DNA from: a bacterium
GTDB taxonomy: Bacteria > Patescibacteriota > Andersenbacteria > UBA10190 > CAIZMI01
DNA length: 64,000 bases
Assembly (NCBI GenBank): GCA_030647555.1
Contig: JAUSJG010000008.1
Coordinates: 129,467-193,466 of the forward strand
Reading direction: 5' to 3'
Part shown: piece after piece, positions 56,028-64,000 of the stretch
How the letters are laid out: every line of letters starts with the position of its first letter
How positions within the stretch are numbered: position 1 is the first letter of the stretch
The notes under the pieces: generated by a model
Databases searched by the model: none
What the model was told of the DNA's origin: nothing
The model's input: the letters and a program-made list of their open reading frames with translations, nothing else
Translations under genes and position numbers: made by a program

Positions 56028-56900
56028 ATGATCAATATTGAAGAAAACGTAAATCTTTCAAAGTTTTGCACGTGGCACGTTGGTGGACAGGCGCGTTTTT
56101 TGACGCGTGTTGCAACTTTTGAAGATTTGCAAGAAGCATTGGCTTGGGTGCAAGAAAAAAAGCTAGCTTTTTTTGTTCTCGGTGGCGGTTCAAACGTATT
56201 ATTTCCGGACGCCGGCTATAACGGTTTAATCATAAAAATTGAAGGAAGAAATATTTCGTTGAATAGAAGAGAGTTGATTGTTGAGGCGGGCGCAATTGCA
56301 CGGCTGGCAGTACTTAAAGCGGCGGAAAAAAATCTTGGTGGCATTGAACACCTCGCCGGAATTCCTGGGACGATTGGCGGATTGGTGCGTGGCAACGCGG
56401 GGGCGTTTGGCACGGAAACGAAGGATTTTTTGAAGTGGGTGAGAGTGTTGCACAAGACGGATGGTAATTGGAACGAAGAGGTGTTGAGTAAGAGAGATGT
56501 TGATTTTTCATATCGCGATTCCTTATTCAAACGTGAAACGGGCAACTATATTATTTGGGAAGTGGTTTTTGAACTGGTTAAAAAAAATAAGACGGAAATA
56601 CTGGCTTTGGTAGATGCGGATTTGGTGGCGCGAAAAGACAAACAGCCGTACACTTTTCCAAGCGCGGGTTCTGTTTTTAAAAATCCGTCACCCGAGTTGT
56701 CGGCCGGGCGTATCATTGAGGAGTGTGGTTGTAAAGGACTAAGAATTGGTGGGGCGGAAGTGAGCACGCAACACGCCAATTTTATCCTTAATAAGGGTGG
56801 TGCAACATCCGCTGATATTTTTGGGTTGATTACGGAAATCAAAAAGCGTGTTTTTGAACAAAAAGGTGTAAAATTGGTCGAAGAGGTAATAATAATATAA
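56028..56900 (+). CDS. murB: UDP-N-acetylenolpyruvoylglucosamine reductase
   Basis: GGGSN, IPGTIGG..GNAGAFG, SAGSVFKNP, HANF. Confidence 0.97.
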   Translation: MINIEENVNLSKFCTWHVGGQARFLTRVATFEDLQEALAWVQEKKLAFFVLGGGSNVLFPDAGYNGLIIKIEGRNISLNRRELIVEAGAIARLAVLKAAEKNLGGIEHLAGIPGTIGGLVRGNAGAFGTETKDFLKWVRVLHKTDGNWNEEVLSKRDVDFSYRDSLFKRETGNYIIWEVVFELVKKNKTEILALVDADLVARKDKQPYTFPSAGSVFKNPSPELSAGRIIEECGCKGLRIGGAEVSTQHANFILNKGGATSADIFGLITEIKKRVFEQKGVKLVEEVIII

Positions 56901-57066
56901 TTTAGATTATGCCGGTAAAGAAGCATTACATTCCCTATATTTCATTAATTAGCGGTTTTCTTATTATTTTTCTTGTTGTTGGTCTGACGAGCTATTTTCA
57001 ATGGGAAAACATTCAACAAACAATAAGGAAGGTAACTTGTCAAGAGCGTGTTAATGCGCTATTCTA

Positions 57067-58026
57067 TTGTCAATGAAGTATTCCGTTGTAATTCCCGCGT
57101 ATAACGAAGAAGGCAATATCTCGCAGTTGGTGGCGAAGATTAGTGTGGTAATGAACCAACTATCGCCCGATTGGGAGTTAATTTTTATCGATGACGGTTC
57201 TAAAGACAAAACACTTTCAAGAATGCAGGAAGAGCGAAAAAAAGATAATCGTATAAAAATTATTCGTTTTCGTCGTAATTTTGGTCAATCTGTCGGATGG
57301 CAGGCCGGTTTTGATTATGCGACAGGTGATATTGTGATCACCATGGACGCTGATATGCAAAACGATCCGACGGATATTCCGGCGATGGTAAAAATGGTAG
57401 AAGAAGGGGGTTACGACGTCGTTTCCGGTTGGCGTTCGATGCGACAGGATTCTTTTTACATTAAGTTTTTGAGTAAAATTGGGAATTGGTTAAGACGCAT
57501 CGTGACGGGCGATAAGACGCACGATCACGGTTGCAGTTTGAAGGTTTATAAGAAAGAATGCTTGGACAGCATTGAGTTTTACAGTGATTTGCATCGTCGT
57601 TATATTGCCGCCTTACTTACGTGGAAGGGTTTTAAAGTTGGTGAAATGAAGACAACGCATCACGCGAGAAAATATGGTGTCTCAAAATATTCAGTGCGCA
57701 AGAAGTGGAAGGGATTATTGGATTTATTGGTAGTAAAGTTTTGGATGCAATATTCCACGCGTCCGATCCATTTGTTTGGAACTTTGGGTTTGGCTATTTC
57801 CGGTTCAGGGTTTTTATTGGGTGGTTTTCTTACGGTGCTTTGGTTATTGAGAATGATTTCTCTTCAAAACAGAACATCGCCCCTTTTGGCGGTTTTATTG
57901 GTCGTTATTGGAATTCAGTTTTTGATGACCGGTTTCATTGCCGACACTGTGTCGATGACCTACTACTCAACAAAGCGCGCCTATACCGTGGAGCTTTTGG
58001 AAGGTTTTGAAAAATCTCTTGAATGA
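57067..58026 (+). CDS. GT2 polyprenyl-phosphate glycosyltransferase (ArnC/GtrB-like)
   Basis: IPAYNEE, DDGSKD, RNFGQ, MDADMQNDP; two C-terminal TMs. Confidence 0.95.
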   Translation: MSMKYSVVIPAYNEEGNISQLVAKISVVMNQLSPDWELIFIDDGSKDKTLSRMQEERKKDNRIKIIRFRRNFGQSVGWQAGFDYATGDIVITMDADMQNDPTDIPAMVKMVEEGGYDVVSGWRSMRQDSFYIKFLSKIGNWLRRIVTGDKTHDHGCSLKVYKKECLDSIEFYSDLHRRYIAALLTWKGFKVGEMKTTHHARKYGVSKYSVRKKWKGLLDLLVVKFWMQYSTRPIHLFGTLGLAISGSGFLLGGFLTVLWLLRMISLQNRTSPLLAVLLVVIGIQFLMTGFIADTVSMTYYSTKRAYTVELLEGFEKSLE

Positions 58027-59207
58027 AATTACTGCTGATTAATAATGAGTTTCCGCCAATTGGTGGTGGCGGGTCGACGGTTGCGAAGTACGCGGTAAAA
58101 TATTTTTCCGAAGCGGGACATGATGTTACGCTGATTACTTCGAGATTCCGCGATTTGCCTATACGGGAAAAGTTTTTGGCGCAAGGCGAGAATGGCGAAA
58201 AAAAGGGTAGTGTGACGATTATTCGCGTTCCGGCGGTGCGCCGTTATAAAGATTTTTGCGCGGCGTGGGAACTGGTAACGTTTGGTGTGTCCGCGTTAGT
58301 TTATTGTTTGTGGTACGTGCCGAAAAATCGGCCGGATGTGATTCATGCGTATTTTGCTTTGCCTTCCGGTTGGGTGGCGCGCATTATTAAAATGATTTAC
58401 GGTACGCCGTATTCCGTTTATTTTGGCGGTTCGGATATGCCGGGGGCGAATCCCAGTCGCTTTAAACAGCTTTATCCTTTTATCACTCTTTTGACGCGCT
58501 GGGTTTGGCGTGGAGCGACAATTTCTACCGTCTGTTCGCGGGGCCTATTGGAATTGGGGCGACAACACGATCCGAAATATGATTTTCGTCTAATTCCAAA
58601 TGGCGTCGAATTATCCCGTTTTGTGCCGATTGAACGCCAGCCGAATCCGAAAGTGAAAATATTATTTATCGGCCGTTTGATAGCGCGCAAGGGTTTCCAA
58701 TATGTTGTGCAAGCTTTGCCACGGATTCAGGCGTTGTGTAATGTGCCGTTCGATGTGGAAGTGGTGGGGACAGGGGCGATGCGTTCGCGTTTGGACGGTT
58801 TAGCGTTAAAACTCGGCGTCAGTCATTTGATTAAATATGTGGGAACGGTGCCGTATGAAAAATTACACGAAAGCTACCAAGGCGCGGATATTTTTGTGTT
58901 GACTTCCGAATCGGAAGGAATGCCGGCGGTGACATTGGAGGCGATGGGTTGCGGTTTGCCGATTGTGACGACCAATATTCCGGGAAACCGGGAAATTGTG
59001 CAGGAAGGCGTGAACGGGTATCTTGTTAATGTCGGTGATACGGAAAAACTGGCGACCTCGCTTTCGAAGCTTATTACTGACGAGCAACTTCGAAAGCAAA
59101 TGGGCACGGCGAGTCGTGCTTCCGTGCAATCGTATGAATGGCGCGAAATTATCAAGCGTTACGAAAATATTTTAACCGAAATTTATCACGACAAAAAAAA
59201 TGGCTAA
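58023..59207 (+). CDS. GT4 glycosyltransferase
   Basis: EFPPIGGG, GRLIARKG, EGMPAVTLEAM. Confidence 0.95.
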   Translation: MKLLLINNEFPPIGGGGSTVAKYAVKYFSEAGHDVTLITSRFRDLPIREKFLAQGENGEKKGSVTIIRVPAVRRYKDFCAAWELVTFGVSALVYCLWYVPKNRPDVIHAYFALPSGWVARIIKMIYGTPYSVYFGGSDMPGANPSRFKQLYPFITLLTRWVWRGATISTVCSRGLLELGRQHDPKYDFRLIPNGVELSRFVPIERQPNPKVKILFIGRLIARKGFQYVVQALPRIQALCNVPFDVEVVGTGAMRSRLDGLALKLGVSHLIKYVGTVPYEKLHESYQGADIFVLTSESEGMPAVTLEAMGCGLPIVTTNIPGNREIVQEGVNGYLVNVGDTEKLATSLSKLITDEQLRKQMGTASRASVQSYEWREIIKRYENILTEIYHDKKNG

Positions 59208-60225
59208 TGTTGAAATCAAAGAAAATACCAGTTTAAATTTGGAAAAAACTTTTCGCGGAAAAAAAACGCTGATTACCGGCGGGCTAGGTTTTATTGGAAG
59301 CAACATCGCCCAAAAATTGGTGGAACTGGGCGCGGAGGTGACGGTGTTGGACGCGTTATTGCCACTCTATGGTGGCAACGAATTTAATGTCGCTGATATT
59401 AAAGACAAAGTTAAGGTTGTGATTGGTGATATTCGTGATGAGAAGGTGGTCAATGAAGTGGTGGCAGGTCAGGATTATATTTTTAATCTTGCGGCGCAAG
59501 TTAGCTATATTGATAGTATCAATGAACCCTTTCTTGATTTGGATATTAATTGTCTAGGACATTTACGTGTTTTGGAGGCGGCGCGCAAATTCGCTCCGCA
59601 AACGAAAATTCTTTTCTCCTCTTCGCGTTTGGCTTATGGCCGGATTATGACGACTCCCGTCGATGAGAGTCATCCGACAAATCCGGTAAGTATGTATGGC
59701 GTGCATAAGTTGGCGGCGGAAAAATATTATCGCATTTACTTTGAAACATTCGGTTTAAAGTCTTCTGTAATTCGAATTCCAAATCCCTACGGCCCACGTC
59801 AACAGATGAAACATAATAAATATTCTATTGTCGGTTGGTTTATTCGCCAGGCTCTGGAAGGGAAGGATATTACGATCTTTGGCGACGGAAAACAAGAAAG
59901 AGATTATTTGTACATCGATGATATTGTCTCCGCTTTTTTGAAAGTGGCCGCGTCCGATAAAACAAACGGTGAAATTTATAATATCGGTACGCATGAACGT
60001 GTTTGTTTTGTGGATATGGTGGACGCAATATTGGCCGAAATTGCTACGGGTAAGAAAACACATATTCCGTGGCCGAAAAATTATGAGCGCAATGAAACCG
60101 GAAACTATATCGCCGACACACGCAAGATAAAAAGAGCGGTTGGTTGGGAAGCGACAGTGCCGTTAAAGGCGGGCATCACCGAAACGGTAGAATACTTTAA
60201 GCAAAATAAGGAACATTATTGGTAA
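59200..60225 (+). CDS. NAD-dependent nucleotide-sugar epimerase/dehydratase
   Basis: TGGLGFIG, YGVHK, NPYGP, RDYLY. Confidence 0.95.
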   Translation: MANVEIKENTSLNLEKTFRGKKTLITGGLGFIGSNIAQKLVELGAEVTVLDALLPLYGGNEFNVADIKDKVKVVIGDIRDEKVVNEVVAGQDYIFNLAAQVSYIDSINEPFLDLDINCLGHLRVLEAARKFAPQTKILFSSSRLAYGRIMTTPVDESHPTNPVSMYGVHKLAAEKYYRIYFETFGLKSSVIRIPNPYGPRQQMKHNKYSIVGWFIRQALEGKDITIFGDGKQERDYLYIDDIVSAFLKVAASDKTNGEIYNIGTHERVCFVDMVDAILAEIATGKKTHIPWPKNYERNETGNYIADTRKIKRAVGWEATVPLKAGITETVEYFKQNKEHYW

Positions 60226-60295
60226 AAAACATCCCGCCCGCAGGCGAGGCTCGCCCTGAAGGGTGGCCCCCGTCGCTCTGATGAGCTTCCACCCT

Positions 60296-60667
60296 TCACC
60301 TCTTTGTTACGGCGTGGCGCTGTGGGGGATTATTGTTCTTTCCGAAGAACAATAAAAAAACCGCATTATTGTTTGGCTGTTTCAAACAATTACGCGGTGT
60401 GATCAATGCTTTGCACTGATCGTTTGTTCCAAGGTGGCTTAAGGCACAAAGAGACATCATCTTTCGCGCGAGAGCCAACAATTCCGGATTCACGCGAATT
60501 GGTCTGCGACTCATCTTGCCAAAAGTCACCCTGATGTGGCGAATGTCCGCGAATGCCTCCCGGGCATTTGGATCCCGCAAACACCCTCTCCACACTCTCT
60601 GTGTGGTATCGCGGTCGAGGCTGATCATGCCTCGATTTTTTCGCGAAAACCACACACCGTATTTCAA
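60296..60667 (-). CDS. Hypothetical protein
   Basis: 123-aa ORF with a TTGACA...TAGTAT promoter-like sequence upstream on the minus strand. Confidence 0.4.
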   Translation of the reverse strand: MKYGVWFSRKNRGMISLDRDTTQRVWRGCLRDPNAREAFADIRHIRVTFGKMSRRPIRVNPELLALARKMMSLCALSHLGTNDQCKALITPRNCLKQPNNNAVFLLFFGKNNNPPQRHAVTKR

Positions 60668-60763
60668 AAAGAGCGATATGTATTTTTCTGATTCGAATAT
60701 ACTATACTTATCATTAGATCATTTGTCAACAGGGTTTTTTCATGTTACGTTTGTCAAAGACAA

Positions 60764-63202
60764 ATGAAGATTTGTGATATATTAAAAATTAAGCATCGGA
60801 TGCTCGTGAAAGCGGGCTTATCTTTATTTTTGCTTATACTTGTGGTTGCGGGCGTTGCAAGTTTTATTATCAGGGTTCCTTATGCCACCACTCGCCAAAC
60901 ATTAAGTAATCGTTCGATCGGAGAAATTATCGGGGCAAGGGAAGTGGGTCAAATTTTCAAATCTGATAAAGCAAATCTCACTGCCGTCAGTTTTCAATTT
61001 TCTACCTTCGGTAATCGCAAAAATGACAAAGAAGTTATTTTTGAGTTGCGGCAAAATTTGGAAGACAATGATCCAATCAGAACCGTAAAAATTAACGCCG
61101 GTGTTTTGACGGATCATGGTATGCACGAATTCAAATTCGAGTCTGTTACGGAATCGAGTGGTAAAAAATATTACGCATCCGTTCGCTCACCGGCTTCGGT
61201 AGAAGGCAATGCCATAACAATCGATTACCGTAACGGTGATGTCTATGGTGGCAAAGATAGTTCGTTGGTTGTTTTGCAAGAGGGAAGAGGTGGTGGTAAT
61301 GCATTCTTGAATGCTCAAAAAATGGATCGCGACATAGCATTTGTGGTATATCACAATATAACCGGGCTGGAATTCGTAAAATTAGCGAGCATTCGAGCTG
61401 TTAAGGATTTTATTTTATCGCTTAAAAATCAGCGTGGCGAGTATCTTCGCGCCGGAAAGTTTTTGTTTTTTGCTGTATTGCTGACCGCAATAATTCTTTT
61501 TTATCGCGACAAAGTTGAACAAGCGCTAAACAATAAGAAATATTTTTGGATTTTTATTACCTTGCTTGTATTGGGCGGTGTTAGTTTGAGATTTATGTAT
61601 ATAAACCAAATGCCTTATACAAACGATGAAGGTTTTTATTTGTATGATGCGCGTACGGTTTTGCAGGGAAAATTGCCGGGTGGTGACGCAATTGCCAAGG
61701 CGCCGGTTTTTATTGGAGCATCCGCATTAGTAATGGCTACTTTGGGAAATATTTTAAGTGCCGGTCGTTTAGTCAGTCTCATTTGTGGCGTGCTCACGGT
61801 TTGGCCGTTATTTATTTTGGGTAAACGCATCGGTGGTAAACGCGCCGGGATCATTACGGCCGGTATCTGGTTATTGACCGGTGCTACCGCGTTATTTAAT
61901 TCCTATGGTCACACGCAAAGTATTCAGATGTTATTTAGCGCGCTTGCTTTGGCACTTTTAGTAATCGCGCAAGAGAAGAAAAAAAGGCAGTGGTTTGTTT
62001 TGGCGGGAATCGTTCTTGGAATCAGTATTGTTGCGCGCAAGAGTTCTTTGGCACTTGGCCTGCCAATCATCTTTATTTTATTGATGGATAAAACGACTTG
62101 GAAAAAGCGTCTAATTAATACAATTATTTTTGGGCTCGGCATGTTGGCTGTGCTGGCAACTTTCCTGGGGATAATTTTTGAAATTTACGGAAAGACAGGT
62201 GTTTTATATGCCACGGGGATTAGTTTGGCCAAAGAATCGATTGATCAGCTTGGTGATCGGGGGGATCTGTATGCCACTTATTCGGTAAACGGTATTCTGC
62301 CTTTCTTTCGTGAAGCGATGCCATTAATTTTCTTGGCGTTTGTAATGTTGGGGCAATTTCTGGAACGGCTCCTTGTTCGTGTTAACTGGCTGTTTGCGCG
62401 CTTTGCTTGGATCGTTCCGTTGATTTTAGTGGCAGGCAGCAAGAATTTCCTCGACAATTTTGAGGATAAATCTCGTCTGTCGCCTGGCGTAGGAATTTTC
62501 TGGGCGGTGATGAGTGTAATCATGATTTTGCTGGCAATTTTCCCATTACATAGAAAAGAAAAAGATTCGGCTGAAAATATCAGTTGGCAGTGGTTGCCAT
62601 TAATTTGGTTTGTGGCAATTGCAATTTTCTATGCCGTCTGGATAAAATTTACTGCTAATTACATTGCCGAATTTTTGCCGGCATTGGCCCTAACGGCGGC
62701 GTTCGGAGCAAAGTGGTTGTCGGATAATTTTCATTCACGAAAATTTGCCTTGGTGCTGGTCGCCATCATGCTTGTCTGGGAAAACTATAGTTCAGCGGAA
62801 AATTCTTTCAAATTTAATCATACCGGCACGTTTCACTGGTCAGCCATTTTAGAAGCGGCGGATTATCTGAAGAAAAATGTTCCACAAAATGAGTTGGTGG
62901 AAACCGGCGCCGTGGCGATTCCTTATGTGTCCGGTCACCATGTACCATACGACGTCGCGCATCCAACTTGGTATGCTTATGGGTTTATTGAACCGGAATT
63001 ACGTAACGTCTTTATGGCTTCGTCCGAAAAAATGGTCGACGCTGTTTTACATAATGTAAATTGGTTTGTGTCGGATAAGGTAACTGAATTTTCTTATTTT
63101 CTGGAATATCCAATGATCGAAAAAGGCGTCACAGATAATTATGTGTTGGTAAAAACAATCGAAAACTACTCTAATCCAATCCGCATTTATAAAAGAAAAT
63201 AA
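60764..63202 (+). CDS. ArnT/PMT-like GT-C glycosyltransferase with N-terminal extracellular beta domain
   Basis: NDEGFY..DA, many TMs, GISIVARK. Confidence 0.85.
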   Translation: MKICDILKIKHRMLVKAGLSLFLLILVVAGVASFIIRVPYATTRQTLSNRSIGEIIGAREVGQIFKSDKANLTAVSFQFSTFGNRKNDKEVIFELRQNLEDNDPIRTVKINAGVLTDHGMHEFKFESVTESSGKKYYASVRSPASVEGNAITIDYRNGDVYGGKDSSLVVLQEGRGGGNAFLNAQKMDRDIAFVVYHNITGLEFVKLASIRAVKDFILSLKNQRGEYLRAGKFLFFAVLLTAIILFYRDKVEQALNNKKYFWIFITLLVLGGVSLRFMYINQMPYTNDEGFYLYDARTVLQGKLPGGDAIAKAPVFIGASALVMATLGNILSAGRLVSLICGVLTVWPLFILGKRIGGKRAGIITAGIWLLTGATALFNSYGHTQSIQMLFSALALALLVIAQEKKKRQWFVLAGIVLGISIVARKSSLALGLPIIFILLMDKTTWKKRLINTIIFGLGMLAVLATFLGIIFEIYGKTGVLYATGISLAKESIDQLGDRGDLYATYSVNGILPFFREAMPLIFLAFVMLGQFLERLLVRVNWLFARFAWIVPLILVAGSKNFLDNFEDKSRLSPGVGIFWAVMSVIMILLAIFPLHRKEKDSAENISWQWLPLIWFVAIAIFYAVWIKFTANYIAEFLPALALTAAFGAKWLSDNFHSRKFALVLVAIMLVWENYSSAENSFKFNHTGTFHWSAILEAADYLKKNVPQNELVETGAVAIPYVSGHHVPYDVAHPTWYAYGFIEPELRNVFMASSEKMVDAVLHNVNWFVSDKVTEFSYFLEYPMIEKGVTDNYVLVKTIENYSNPIRIYKRK

Positions 63203-63296
63203 TACCCTCATAAACAAAAAATGTTTTTTGACGTTTTTGATTTTGCGTGTTACTTTCCTGTATGTTTCTTTTCACAACTTTTTTAGGGGGTTTGTT

Positions 63297-64000
63297 ATGA
63301 CAAACAGCAAGTACCTTTCTGAATTATTGATGTCTCCTTATGACAGGTTGATCACTGGGGTCATAATGCAGGGCGGGGGTTATTACAATGCCCACGCGCA
63401 TATTGATCGCGCGGATACGTTGGATGATCGCTATTTGCGCCACATTAACACCACGCCGTTGGAGGCAAGTAATCGGCCGTTACCGGTAAAGCAAAATTTG
63501 GTCGGTGATTTGCACCGCGGTTGCGCGTACACAGAAGAAGATCTGCGTGAACGGATGTCGCAGGTTTTGGATCGATTAATCGCGTGGGGAACCACACGAT
63601 TGGATACGTGTATCGACGCGACGAGCGGTATTGGTGAAAACGGTTTGCTGGCCATTCGCGTTGCCAACGAATTGCGAGAAAAATATGCGGATTCGCTTGT
63701 AATGCGAATCGCGCCTAATCCCATCTTTGGTTTAAAAGTAGGAACTATGCGTTGGGAGATTTTTGAAGAAGCGGCGCGAAATCACGCTCAATATCTTTCG
63801 GCATTGCCGGAGAAGGACGCTTACGATAGCGAGACAACACGAGACGGTAAACAAGGTTTTGATCGGCATATTTGGATGATGCTTGAACTCGCTTGCGAGA
63901 TAGGAAAAGAAATCCATTTCCACGTGGATCAAGCGAACGATCCGTCGGAACATGGAACAGAAACGGTTTTGGATGGTCTGCACTGGTTTTTGCAGAATCA
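63297..64000 (+). CDS. Amidohydrolase, cytosine-deaminase-like (runs off window; absent from the ORF track)
   Basis: Manual translation MTNSKYL...YNAHAHIDRA...IHFHVDQANDPSE. Confidence 0.85.
   Translation, partial: MTNSKYLSELLMSPYDRLITGVIMQGGGYYNAHAHIDRADTLDDRYLRHINTTPLEASNRPLPVKQNLVGDLHRGCAYTEEDLRERMSQVLDRLIAWGTTRLDTCIDATSGIGENGLLAIRVANELREKYADSLVMRIAPNPIFGLKVGTMRWEIFEEAARNHAQYLSALPEKDAYDSETTRDGKQGFDRHIWMMLELACEIGKEIHFHVDQANDPSEHGTETVLDGLHWFLQN

Noticed and set aside
60270-60295. CTGATGAG as a hammerhead core
   Set aside because: Part of the CGCTCTGATGAGCT repeat family (inverse at ~53982); no stems or GAAA
1-64000. Alternative genetic code (UGA=Gly as in Gracilibacteria)
   Set aside because: Conserved genes are full-length in code 11 and several end in TGA overlapping the next ATG

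Overview
This looks like a Patescibacteria (CPR, Parcubacteria-like) chromosome segment. That assignment is inferred from the long two-lobed ThyX, the CPR-type TrmB, dense glycosyltransferase/flippase/GT-C genes, the scpAB-dac-mraY-ftsW-murG...murC-murB order and many palindromic repeats. Most of the window is cell-envelope housekeeping. Four regions stand out. (1) A cobalamin-riboswitch-controlled operon (1149-4530) encodes a probable B12 capture system. (2) A ~2.7 kb nearly ORF-free region after trmB holds micro-ORFs and a ~1 kb continuously base-paired candidate ncRNA (18807-19845) with a perfect sigma70 promoter; I cannot assign it to a known class. (3) After murG there is a 68-nt RNA resembling only the tRNA-like domain of tmRNA, plus a separately promoted small RNA with 14 nt of perfect complementarity to its central loop. 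(4) A ~11 kb GC-richer, integrase-less island splits murG from murC. It encodes an orphan Csx3/Crn3 ring-nuclease homologue, two Csx3-associated P-loop NTPases, a further ring-nuclease-like protein and a MoxR/VWA pair. It is punctuated by a type III hammerhead ribozyme, duplicated leaders and terminators and a three-copy covarying hairpin. Several palindromic repeats are also inserted in frame in proteins, including MurC. All family calls come from motif recognition by eye; no searches or folding programs were run.
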